Shown: in pieces, positions 54,021 to 63,399 of the stretch
Position numbering within the stretch: position 1 is the stretch's first letter
Layout of the letters: each line of letters starts with the position of its first letter
Assembly: GCA_964270895.1 (NCBI GenBank)
Contig: OZ185436.1
Reading direction: 5' to 3' (one strand)
DNA: 64,000 nt
Source of the DNA: Podarcis filfolensis
Lineage: Eukaryota
Position numbers and translations under genes: made by a program
The notes under the pieces: generated by a model
Seen by the model: the letters and a program-made list of their open reading frames with translations, nothing else
Told to the model about the DNA's origin: nothing
Database searches by the model: none

Positions 54021-56216
54021 ATGAGTACTCTAGCACAGCCTCCAGCTACACTTCTTAAAAAAAAAAAAGGATGAGGAAAAGTGTCACAAAGTGATGGGGC
54101 AATGCTGAAACAGCAGCAACCAAAGGCTGTGGGTCCTGGCTGGCATTTCTCTCCCCATATTGTTGTCCTCCCTTCCCCATATAACATGAGTACATCTATT
54201 GCAGTGAGTCTGGCTTGGGTCATTCAGTGCTTTCTGAGTCCAGATCTATCCACTTCAGCCAAGGGGTTCTCTTGTGAGCACAAAACACAAATTCACAGCT
54301 AATATGAAGGTGTTATTACCTGGGGATAAATTGCTTTTTTAAAAGGAGGAGGAGGAGAAGGAGGAGGAGAAGAGGAGGAGGAATTAACTCTTCTGACAAC
54401 TACTGATCACTTACTTCTGTGTCATCTATGTTTTAGTTGGCATTGTTAGCTGCCCGCTAAAACTTGAGAAGACTCATTAGCCCTGTGCAGGTGGTCAAAG
54501 TAGGGGCAATATATGCACAGAGCATGATGGATCAAGAACTGTGCTTGCTGGCCATGCCCAGTCTTCACCCACAGCTCATAATTTATGTGTTCAGACATGT
54601 GCAGTTTCTAAGCATACTGTGCATACCCTCCATTTTCGCATTGTGGAGGTCATACATCCATGCTGGGGTCAGGGGCCTGCACATTACATTTTACTGCCTG
54701 AGGCAAAGGACAACATGACACTCCCCACCACCGTAACATTCTAGATACAAAAGCTGAGCAGACTGGCAGCTGAATCTTACTTTGACACGGGCAACAACGG
54801 GAGAGCATCCTCCACTGCACCTGTGGGCAGCAGACTAGCTTATGGGGCTCTTACAATGGAGGCTTCATGCGATGACAAACTCTATCCACTTTCCTGCCAC
54901 TATCATCTGCCACCTAAGGCGGCTGCCTCACTCTGCCTCATGGTGAAGCCGGCACTGCATGGATGTTCCAGTCAATATGTGGAAGTCGGGTTATAGTGGC
55001 TCTTGTTTTGCCTGTGTAGCAGTGCCTATGCTGCTGCATCAGAATAAACACCTTGGGTTAACTTGTGACACCAGGGAGCATCTACAGGTAATCTTGGATT
55101 GGCATGGCAGCCATTACACCCTATCTCAGATCACAAATGCCACATTTGCCAGGACTATGACTCACAGAACTCACCTCTTTGTTAAGCCTGTTGTCTGCCT
55201 TGCTTCTAATCAGCTGGTAGCTCAACAGAACAAATGATATAAATATGATGGTCCTTCCCTACCTAGGAACACTAATTGACAATCTCTCTCTCTTTCTTTC
55301 TCTCTCTCTCTCTCTGTATCTTAAAGCACCTTGCATAAACCAAGAGATGTTTTGTAATTACATCATCCATGCTGAAAGTCTTTCAAAAGGCAACAGAGCT
55401 GACTGAAATCTAGCCTTTTGAGTCAATGGGTGACGAATTCACTTGGTTCTCCATGAAAATATGGCTTTTCAAAATTTGCAGACTGGAGGCACAAAGTTAT
55501 CTGAATGAGACTGCTATCCAGAAGGTGGTTTAAGGCATGACACTTAAGCAGCAACATGAGTGGAAAATGTGCATCTAGAGGGAGAATAGAGGTCTGATTA
55601 AGTGGTAAAATAAGCCAACAGTTAAATGTTCCGCACACATATGCTGATGCTATGCATTTGTTGAAGCTATGGAATACAGCAGACTTTTAATAGGTTTTTA
55701 GAGCACCTATGAAGGTTTTAGCGGTGGACACAAAAAGATATGTTTATAGACACTGTTTCTCATGTCTCCTCTGTGAAGCCCAAGATGTATAGGTGGTAGA
55801 GGGGGGGCGGGCAGGATAGCAAAAGTGAAATGAACAAGTTGGAAATGGACAACATTTAAAAAATAAACCTGTGCTGAAATAAATGAAGCCTGGTCTGGAA
55901 AATCTGAAATCACACATATAGTGTCTCCAATTGCAATTGTACAGGAAAAGCAATAGCCGGCAGGGAAGAGGTAAAGAACTTGACATGCAAAGCCTTATAA
56001 AAACAAGAAGTTACATGCTGCACAACATACCGTTAAATAAGCTCCGCTCGTGAACATGCCGCACTGTTTTGCGTATGCAGAGATGTCAGCCCAATGGAAC
56101 ATTTATGTTTTAAAATGTATCATTGCTAAAATGGCAGATTTTCTTACCTGTTTGATCAGAAACAGCATTGTGATTGCAAAGACGGGTGTGGGACAAGTCC
56201 CAGAGTACAGCTTCAT
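27619..56216 (-). CDS. GLP2R: GLP2R (glucagon-like peptide 2 receptor, class B1 GPCR), complete, 13 coding exons, 522 aa. complement join(56148..56216,43002..43092,41183..41287,40279..40400,38074..38180,36653..36827,35491..35650,34900..34960,33969..34038,32474..32562,30728..30866,29340..29381,27619..27957)
   Basis: All 13 exons are GT-AG bounded with matching phases; they sum to 1569 nt with no internal stop. Six ECD cysteines, [18 protein letters not shown]...[21 protein letters not shown] and SLS.SSEG.VTM...EE..EESEI are present; synteny GAS7-GLP2R-GSG1L2 fits. Confidence 0.97.
28459..28700. mobile_element. Tc1/mariner (pogo/Tigger-like) MITE, 242 bp, in GLP2R intron 12
   Basis: TA|CAGTGGTACCTC...GAGGTACCACTG|TA: terminal inverted repeats with a TA target duplication; internal gcttcaggtta repeats. 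Confidence 0.92.
29340..29381 (-). CDS. GLP2R: GLP2R exon 12 (42 bp)
   Basis: ttccag|GGT TTC ... GGA GAG|gtaaaa; [14 protein letters not shown]. Confidence 0.94.
30728..30866 (-). CDS. GLP2R: GLP2R exon 11 (139 bp)
   Basis: ttttag|A CTG GCA ... TTT CAA|gtaagt; [46 protein letters not shown]. Confidence 0.96.
31023..31143. mobile_element. Short palindromic MITE (family with the core ...ggactacaactcccatca...gatgggagttgtagtcc...)
   Basis: Inverted ends caggggtgg...ccactcctg; related degenerate copies at ~6655, ~28130, ~38285, ~44145, ~57311 and ~60413. Confidence 0.55.
31291..31330 (+). repeat. 10-bp tandem repeat (TAACTACCGG)x4
   Basis: taactaccgg taactaccag taactaccgg taactaccgg, directly abutting the SINE 5' end. 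Confidence 0.95.
31329..31605 (+). mobile_element. Sauria SINE (lacertid POM type), 5'-truncated, apparently with internal deletions
   Basis: gggttaaaccacagagcctaggacttgccgatcagaaggtcggcggttcaaatccccgcg (tRNA-derived B-box region) ... Bov-B-like 3' end gagtcggacatgactggacctaatggtcaggggtccctttacctttac. Confidence 0.92.
32474..32562 (-). CDS. GLP2R: GLP2R exon 10 (89 bp)
   Basis: ttgaag|GTT AAC ... TTC AG|gtaaat; [30 protein letters not shown]. Confidence 0.95.
32665..32755. mobile_element. Short palindromic repeat element (~90 bp family)
   Basis: gcacaatc...tttactcagaagtaagtcc...ttgaattca...cttactc...gtattgcagcc; related copies at ~14205, ~17575 and ~62445. Confidence 0.5.
33048..33519. mobile_element. 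Tc1/mariner (Tc2-like) non-autonomous element, 472 bp, in GLP2R intron 9
   Basis: TA|CCGTATTTTTCGCCCTATAGGAC...GTCCTATAGGGCGAAAAATACGG|TA: TIRs of at least 23 bp and a TA target duplication; GC/CpG-rich interior. Confidence 0.92.
33969..34038 (-). CDS. GLP2R: GLP2R exon 9 (70 bp)
   Basis: tcctag|A TGC TGG ... ATT GTT|gtaagc; [23 protein letters not shown]. Confidence 0.95.
34900..34960 (-). CDS. GLP2R: GLP2R exon 8 (61 bp)
   Basis: ccccag|GT TTT CCA ... GAG GG|gtaagt; [21 protein letters not shown]. Confidence 0.95.
35491..35650 (-). CDS. GLP2R: GLP2R exon 7 (160 bp, TM3-TM4)
   Basis: ccacag|AAG TTG ... TGG G|gtaaat; [53 protein letters not shown]. Confidence 0.96.
36653..36827 (-). CDS. 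GLP2R: GLP2R exon 6 (175 bp, TM2-ECL1)
   Basis: ccacag|G AAA CTG ... CCA GAG|gtacgg; [58 protein letters not shown]. Confidence 0.96.
37189..37211. repeat. (TG)n microsatellite
   Basis: Directly visible. Confidence 0.9.
38074..38180 (-). CDS. GLP2R: GLP2R exon 5 (107 bp, TM1)
   Basis: tcttag|GAT GAA ... CTC AG|gtcagt; [36 protein letters not shown]. Confidence 0.95.
39823..39858. repeat. (TG)n microsatellite
   Basis: Directly visible. Confidence 0.95.
40279..40400 (-). CDS. GLP2R: GLP2R exon 4 (122 bp)
   Basis: atttag|GA AGT GCA ... AGA AAA|gtaagt; [41 protein letters not shown]. Confidence 0.95.
41183..41287 (-). CDS. GLP2R: GLP2R exon 3 (105 bp)
   Basis: ctctcag|GA ATA TAC ... AAT G|gtaagg; [35 protein letters not shown]. 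Confidence 0.96.
41792..42132 (+). repeat. Degenerate two-copy tandem duplication (period ~195 bp) in GLP2R intron 2
   Basis: ca(a/g)caggaaatgaat at ~41826 and ~42023; aacaagatgttcccaag at ~41862 and ~42060; ctcagtaa at ~41955 and ~42125. Confidence 0.75.
43002..43092 (-). CDS. GLP2R: GLP2R exon 2 (91 bp)
   Basis: ttgcag|GCT GAA ... CCA G|gtaaga; [30 protein letters not shown]. Confidence 0.9.
43922..44075 (+). mobile_element. CR1 3'-UTR-derived fragment
   Basis: aacataagaagaggcatgctcaatcagatc...atctagcccagcatc...cacagtggcgaacca matches the common squamate CR1-tail pattern; a related copy lies at ~49022-49160. Confidence 0.55.
44145..44258. mobile_element. Short palindromic MITE (same family as 31023)
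   Basis: ctccaaataattttggagtacaattcccatca...gatgggagttgtagtccaaaacatctggag inverted arms. Confidence 0.6.
44771..45062 (+). mobile_element. Bov-B (RTE) LINE 3' end with (CAA)n tail
   Basis: ORF 44832..45044 [31 protein letters not shown]...[17 protein letters not shown] is the Bov-B ORF C-terminus; it ends in caactaaacaacaataacaacaac. Confidence 0.93.
45250..46885 (+). mobile_element. L1/Tx1-clade LINE 3' fragment (ORF2 C-terminus with CCHC zinc knuckle, 3' UTR, A-rich tail), interrupted by a MITE
   Basis: ...[10 protein letters not shown]...KCWRGC...[17 protein letters not shown]...IARQWK; strongly A/C-rich sense strand; stops and frameshifts; aataaaaaatattttaaaaaaaac tail at ~46861. Confidence 0.85.
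46260..46443. mobile_element. Tc1/mariner MITE, 184 bp, internally deleted copy nested in the L1 fragment
   Basis: TA|TAGCGGTACCTC...GAGGTACCACTG|TA; same family as 28459 and 62652. Confidence 0.9.
48946..48979. repeat. (CA)n microsatellite
   Basis: Directly visible. Confidence 0.95.
49022..49160 (+). mobile_element. CR1 3'-UTR-derived fragment
   Basis: gccctgctagatctggccaatggtccacatagtccatcatcctgttctcatagtggccaatcggatgcc... Confidence 0.5.
51270..51515. repeat. Dispersed repeat fragment, homologous in inverted orientation to the right half of the 10114/13614 duplication
   Basis: gcttggctaatggaacaacctcccctcccctcatgtgctgttctg...ccaatttgggggtgca vs the reverse complement of ~10320-10412. Confidence 0.6.
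52069..52113. repeat. (ATT)n microsatellite
   Basis: Directly visible. Confidence 0.95.
52570..52950. mobile_element. Old lizard DNA-transposon-like repeat
   Basis: ttctcattttccaatcttaagttcagctctgcacatttccacatcagtt...aaaattcatcagcatttt...atacacatttttg...gaaatgcattgcaaaattcagagaag resembles a recurrent squamate repeat; family not determined. Confidence 0.4.
53943..54016. repeat. Compound (CA)n(GA)n microsatellite
   Basis: Directly visible. Confidence 0.95.
54670..54957. mobile_element. hAT-like MITE, degenerate
   Basis: caggggcctg...tgcctgaggcaaaggacaacatg ... gccacctaaggcggctgcctcactctgcctcatggtgaagccggcactg; shares both termini with 61359..61647. Confidence 0.55.
56148..56216 (-). CDS. 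GLP2R: GLP2R exon 1 coding part (signal peptide)
   Basis: cacc ATG AAG ... ATC AAA CAG|gtaaga; [23 protein letters not shown], ending IKQ like human exon 1; good Kozak context. Confidence 0.88.
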
Positions 56217-59200
56217 GGTGTAGAAGAATACTGGGTGTTCCAGTGTGATCCAGGGTGGCAAATTTGTATACTCAAGCAAGTCACTGACTCTTGCAACCCA
56301 GTTAGCTTGTGATCTCCTTTAGCAATCTCGGTCACACCCGCTGTGTTCTTTGTAAATATCTCCACTTTCAAAGAGTGACTCTTTACCCATTAGAATAAGT
56401 TCCTGAATGTCAGCAAAAAGCAACAGATAATCAATCTGCTCCAACCTGCAGAGTTCTTAGAATCGGGTTTCCTTTTGCTTCTTCTGTGTTGAAAGAAAAA
56501 AGGGGGGGCAGTGAGAATTTAGTATAAACTTTACAAGCACATCTGCTTTTTGTTGCCAATCCTCTCAGCCAATGAGGAATAAGAAAAGCATCATGAAGGA
56601 CTCAGGATTGGAGTTCTGTTCTCATGACACTCCTAAGTGCCCACTGATTTGGAAAGGACTTGTGTCACTGGGAAACTGTATCTGGAAGACGGTTGATGAA
56701 AAGGTGGTCCTGGAGCAAATATGAGCATGGAAAGCCTATTTCTGCAGCAATCTGACAGGTCATTTCCTGAAGAGCTGCCAATATGCAGGCAGCTGAGCGA
56801 TATTCTTTAGCTCTGCCCCCCCCCCACTGCCGCCCCGAGGTGACTGGACAGAGACTTGAAATATGTCAGCAAGAGGAAATTAAGCCCTCCCACTCTCTCC
56901 AACCCGCTTGGGGCTGAATGAGAAGAATATATAGGAATCAATCCTGTGGACTTGTTAACTTTCTTGCATGAGACCAGCTCAGTCTACAGGGACGTTTTTC
57001 CTACATCTGATTGTTTACAATTGGCTTGTCCCAAGAATGCTGAAGGTGATTAAACATCCTGGTTGAAGGACCTGAATGCAGCAGGCAAGGATTTATGGCC
57101 ATCAATGTATACTAACTGGAAACCAGGAAGCTTAATATAGTTATTTTAAAAATATATTTACAATATATATCCTGGAAAGTAGTGACAAAGAAAAGGATCT
57201 GAGTTCACGATGGATAACCTTGCAGAAAATACTCTTTGATCACAATGCTGTGATTTGGATTGTTGGTTCTACACTTGTGTGTAAGTCTTGCAAATCCGAA
57301 AGACTTTGGGCAGGACTAGGAGACCTTTGACCCTCCAGGGGTTATTAGACTCCAACTCCCATCAGCCCTAAGCCAGTGTGTCCAATGGTTTCCCACCCCT
57401 GAGCTCTTTTTTGCATTAGCATGGGTCTGCGGTTCAATTTACCATTTACTGGCTGCACTTCAGAGCACAAACAAATCCACACAATGCGGTGGGCACCCAA
57501 CCCATACACCAACTGCTCACAGATGCAGAGCTGTTGGTGTCCCAGTGAAATCTGCATTTGCCACTGTGGTCTTCCAGCACATTTAAGAAATCTGACATGG
57601 GTTCATCTGTAGAGATGAGTCTAAAGGACAGTATAATTACCAGTTCTCAAAGACAAGCACCCATGATCTGCTAGAGACTGTCGAAGGAGATAACCCAAGA
57701 GTCAAACTAGACACACAACACGTGTGTGTTTGAAGCTTGATGGCCACTTTGCTTATTGAAAAGTAGCTTCAGGAGGGAGTGATTTAGAGCATAGAAGGTT
57801 TTTTTGGGGGGGGGGGAGATTATACCCACAGGCCAATTTTCAGCTCCAAATCATGCTCATTCAAGGTGCTGTCGCTCATGCTGTGTTCCAGACCAGCAAA
57901 CTTTGCTGCAAACCTGAACGTGGAACTTGCAGCGGGGGCTGGTGGGGTTTTTTGCTTTTGTTTTTGGAAGATTTAGAATACTGTCCAAAAGAACCCATCC
58001 CATTGCTTCTCTGCACAAAGTTGTCCCACCCTAAAGCTGCTGAAGTAGAGTTTGGCCTTCAGCACAAGTCCATCATCCATTGCATAGTGACTGTTTTCTA
58101 TCAGTTTATTCCACAGACCAGCATGATCCCAAGCATGATCAGAGTCAGAAGTCCTGTCTTCCTCACTCCAGCCTTAATGGCAGCCGGCCACTGAATTGCT
58201 CCCCACCATCGAACTGCTGCACACACCACTTTCCTTGGACTATTAGCAGAAAGCCCAGCTGCAGGCCTTCGTTAAGAAGCCCTGCCAGGCAGGTGTATAG
58301 AACCCTGCTGAATAAACATTGCTAGTTTCCAAAAATAACATTTAAGTACTCTTAAATTTTGCAAATCAAGTGTATCTATGCAAACGTTGGGTAATTTGTA
58401 TAATGTAGTCTGATGAGATTTGGGTTTTGGCGAGTGCAACTAAGTGTAGAAAGTTCGGTAGAGAACTCTGCCCTACGAATTAGTCCCCCTATATCTGTGG
58501 GAAGTCTAATGAAGCACAGTATGTTCTGTAAGCTCTTGATATGTGTCACAGCCTTAACTCCTGACTCCAAAAGGTGGGGGAAATAATTAGGTAGCAGCTA
58601 TTTCTGCACTGATCTTGACTAATAGGGTGGAATTGGTTGAAAATGGAGGCTGATTGGCAAATGGGGAGAAAACATTCATTACACGAGTTTTCAAAAGAAA
58701 GGGAAGGCGTGGGAACAATGTAATAAGGAAAGCGGACATGAACAAAGTCTCTAAATGAGCGGCGTTTGAATTTCAAAAGGCCAGATTAAGGTGGTTGGGG
58801 GGGGGCATAGAGCAGTTCCCCCAAATAAGGTCCCCCTTCTCCGAAAAGGAACACCCGAAGTAAAATACAACAAAAGAATAATATTTTAATAAAAACTAAC
58901 CAATTTGCAGGAAGCACTACATTTCCCTATTCCAGCTGATTTATATGTCCTTCTGTGGGGTAGGTCAGGCCAGGCCATGGATGGTCCTGTGGTTTAGAAC
59001 TGGAAGCTCCCGCTTTCACCTCATTACTTAAATAAGGACAGTGAAGGAAGACAATCTAGGCATCTGTAGGCAACCTGTAGCCTTCAGCCTAATGAGCCAG
59101 AGGGGAGAGGCATGATTTTTGCGCACCCCTCAGCCTGCACCCTTGGCAGGGGCCAACCTAACCAACCCCTAGGTATGCCCCTGAGGGTGACCAGGAAGTG

Positions 59201-61358
59201 CACCTAAAACCCAACTACCCACTTCCTTTTCTCTATCTTAAAATGTCTTACTGGAAAGACATCTTGGCCTGAGGCAGGAAAAGTAACATGGGTGCTTATG
59301 CTCACATCTTTTCCTGACTTAATTTGGGAGTAACTGGAAATCAGCATAAGGAGATCCATCTTGTCACTCGCCACTTGGTTGGTGGACACGTTCTACAAGG
59401 TGTAACCAGGGCAGAGGTACTTTATGTCTTGTAGGGTTGCCAGCCTGGCTGATGGTTAGGAAAACTAAATGAAAAAGCACCCATGGAAAGCATTTTCTTA
59501 ATGAGTCCGTGTTAAAGATGCAAAAGTGAGCATGCTTTTATGCAGTGAAAGGAAGGGAAGGGGGTAGAAAGAGACTAATGTGGCACCACCAGGAGTTTTG
59601 TAATGATAAGGAATCTCAGGGAAGACACAGAGAAGCACAGGCATAAAACGAACTGCAATTAGAAAGAGTTGTTAGCATTAGGAAGGAGGATTTTTAAAGG
59701 CACATTAAAGGAGGCTGAAGAATTGTGTGCAGGGGAATTCTATCAGATATTGCTGTGCCTCATTTCTCAAATGTTCCGGAATATGTGTTTGGTAAATCAG
59801 TACAGAGAACAGGAGTGTCATTTATCTTATGCTGTACACTGCTGCAAGCCTCTATATTGAACGTTGAATTCATATGTTCCACAAGTCTGGGACATGTTTT
59901 CCTTGGGTTTGGTGAAGGGGAAGGGGAAGGCAGCAGCCAAACACAGCCGGTTGCTGTGTAATCTGGGAGTCAGGGGTATTCGTGTGATCAGCATTGGCAA
60001 TAGATCTACAGTGAGATTGTTATTATTCTAGTATTTATTTATATCCCTCCTTTCCCCCCAGTTTGGGATTCAATGTGGCTTCCACAAATTAAACAAGCTA
60101 AAACTGTAGAAAAGACAATCAAAATGTCATTGAACCCCAACAGAATTAAAGTAATATTAAAAGAACCACAATAAAAACATCACAGCACCAGCTCTTTCCT
60201 CAGAAACATTTGGTTCCCAAAGGCCTGCTGGAATAGAAAGCTCTTCACTGCTGGCAGAAGGACAGCAAGGAGGAAGCCAGTCCAACTTCCCCAGGACACA
60301 CAGAGAAGGGCACACAATCCCCCCCCCCACAACATAATAGCTTGGGTGAGATGTTCTAGACCTTAATAGCACTTCCATGATGCTAAATGCTCTCTGCACA
60401 GATGGCTAAGATCAGGGATGGGAACCTGTGACCCTCCAGGTGTTGTTGGGCCACATCCTAACCACTGGCCATGCCAGCTGGGAAAGATGGAAGTTAGAAT
60501 CCAACACCAGCTGGGAGGCCACTGGTCCCTGCCTAAGAACGTCAAGGGTATGCAAGATCTCACATACTTCTTTCAAGTATCATGTAGTCATACAGAAACA
60601 GAAGTGTGATACAATCTCTTTTTCTAACCAAGGCAATAGCTCACTATCTTCCTTGATTTATCTTTGTTTGTCAACTGAAGATCACCCATACTGCAGAGAC
60701 CTCTTCATCTGAAAACCACAAACAAAATCTTGCGGCATCTTAAAAATGAATAGAATCTGTTGCGGCTTAAGGTTCCACAAACCTGTCGCTTTTGCTGCAA
60801 CAGTCATGGAATTACCCCCTCCAGACAATCTGTCATTATTATTATTTTTTTAAGTATATTCTCACCTTTACACACGTTGCCCAGCTTCAGCATTGTGAGA
60901 AAATCAAGTGATCCCAGACCTGAGTAGAATTGTCACGTGTACATACCAGTAATTCAAGCTTCTATATAGCCACTTCCTGTTCACCAGTGGTGAGTAAAAA
61001 TAAATTCCAGGTGACCAAGTGGGGGAGGGGCAAAGCTTTGGGGGTTTTGTCCTAATTGGAGTAATTAGCCACTCAAGGTTAACAAATATATGCCTGGGTT
61101 ACTTTTGTGGCTTTGTTTGCAATGCATTACACGGAGGCACACTGAATTAATTGCACCCCCTGCTGCAGACCTGTGTTAAAAGCTCTGCCAAGAAACTGAA
61201 TATAACCTTTTAAAGGGCTAAATGGGCCATACAAACCATAAGATGGAGAGGTCAGAGGGCTGACCTTTAATGTCAAATGGAGCACATGGAGAGGGGAGCA
61301 AAATCACCAAACAGCCATTTCCCCTTAGCCCCACTCCAATAATGAAAGTGAAGTGGCC

Positions 61359-61647
61359 TAGGGGCAGGCCCAAGATATTTTGCTGCTTGAGGCAAAGGAC
61401 AAACATGCCCCTCCCTCAGTTCCACACACAGAAATTGATTGGCATGAGCACTGAATCTTACTTGAGCTCTGGGAATGGGACATTCTCCTTTGCCAGGAGG
61501 ACAGCTGGTTAAGTTAGTGGAGGAAAGGATAGGCTGTTTAGCATACACAACCCTGTTCTCCAACACCTCAATGGCAGCACCACCACCACCCACATCTGAT
61601 GCCTGAGGCAGCTGTCTCATTTTGCCTAAAGTGGAGGACTGGCCTTG
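61359..61647. mobile_element. hAT-like MITE, degenerate
   Basis: taggggcaggccc...gcttgaggcaaaggacaaacatg ... gatgcctgaggcagctgtctcattttgcctaaagtggaggactggccttg. Confidence 0.55.
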
Positions 61648-62651
61648 CTTGGGGGAAACGGCTAAATGCATCCCAGAGTAGAAAGATCAGATTGGGAGGG
61701 AGTCAGGTTTTACTGACCCCATCCCTTCCATTTGACACAAAAAGTACACAGACACTTTGTGGCCAAACAGGTCAATTCAGGGAGATCTAGTCACTGCCCC
61801 CAAATCAACTAAGTTACTAGAGCAAGTATGTGGAGGCTAAACCAAAGTTCAACACACCACGCTGCCTAAATTAGCTAAAACAGCAAAAAAGAAAAGCAAA
61901 GAAAAGTTTATTGGCTTGGCATTTAATTTGAGCTCTTTCCCCCCTTTTCTTTTGGAGTCTTCCTAATGTTTGCCTCACTTGCAAATTGCAGCAGGTTTTT
62001 GTTTTCCTCAGTGCCTGTACTCACTCCCACACCACCTCCAAGTTTGGGCCGTATATAACTAGAAAACATCATGTTTAAAAATATAATGCCACGGCGAAAA
62101 CATGGGCACTGTACATTACTACTGGATCAGGGAGAAAAACAGTGTTTGGTTTGTTCAAGCCGTGATGTAATACTTACACTAAATGGATAAGTGCAGAAGG
62201 AAAAGGGGATTAAACAAAAATCCCAAGGAAATGAATCTGTTATGAAGAATCCCTGATCGTCCATTACTTGCGGTGACCTTGAACAAATCAGTGTCTCTCG
62301 GCTCTGGCTTTATAAAATGGGAATAGAAATGTTATTGGAATGCCTGCAATAATTAACTTGGCCCACAATCTTAAACTGATGTTTGAGGGTTTAATCAAAT
62401 GGAAGCGCCATCTCCTCCTGTAGTTCTAAAATCCAAGTGCTCTGACTGCGCAATTTTATGTGTGTTTACTCAAGAGGTACAGTCCATGAAATTCAATGGG
62501 GCTCGCTTCTCAGAAAGTGTGCAGCAAGGCTTAACTGAGGGCAGACCCACACGATACATTTAAAAAGGAGGCCCAGTGCACATTGAAATTACATGGCTCC
62601 CCCTCACCCGGGAACTGCAGTTTCCCCCTCACAGAGTTACACTTCCTAGTA

Positions 62652-62893
62652 CAGTGGTACCTCGGGTTAAGTACTTAATTCGTTCCGGAGGTCTGTTCTT
62701 AACCTGAAACTGTTCTTAACCTGAAGCACCAGTTTAGCTAATGGGGCCTTCTGCTGCCGCTGCGCCGCCGGAGCACGATTTCTGTTCTCATCCTGAAGCA
62801 AAGTTCTTAACCTGAAGCACTATTTCTGGGTTAGCGGAGTCTGTAACCTGAAGCGTATGTAACATGAAGCGTATGTAACCTGAGGTACCACTG
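62652..62893. mobile_element. Tc1/mariner MITE, 242 bp, opposite orientation to the 28459 copy
   Basis: TA|CAGTGGTACCTC...GAGGTACCACTG|TA; interior is the reverse complement of the 28459 copy. Confidence 0.92.
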
Positions 62894-63399
62894 TAACCTT
62901 AACAAACTACAGCTCCCTGGATTCTTTAAGTGAAACCTCACGCTTTAAATGTGCACTGGATGTCCACACTCTAACTCCTACATCGCACTGGCTCTTTCCC
63001 ACGCTACTTCCCTGGGCTCCAAGGTGTGCAGCAGCACCAGGACTTATGCAGAGGGTGCGAAACTTGACTTTCCAAACAAACAAACCATTGGCACCTGTCC
63101 CAAGATAGTCAGGAAAGCAAGTCCTCCTGTGTTTACTTTGCACTTAATCTAATTCCTAAGTATCAGGAGAGGAGTGTGTGTGTGTTTTCACTCTTTGCTC
63201 CCCTTACCCGCATTTCCTTTCTCACCTTTCCCTAGCCTGATCCCTGCCTCTGTGGGGTTTTGGGTCTCAGCTTTCCAGCGCTGTGGCGCGTGACTTGATA
63301 AAAGTGATCACTCCTGGGGCTTACGCCTTTTTGCAGCTTTTCACCTGGCGCTCTGTCTCCTTATCCCATCCCCCGGTGCTTTTTTTTGGGTGGGGGGTA

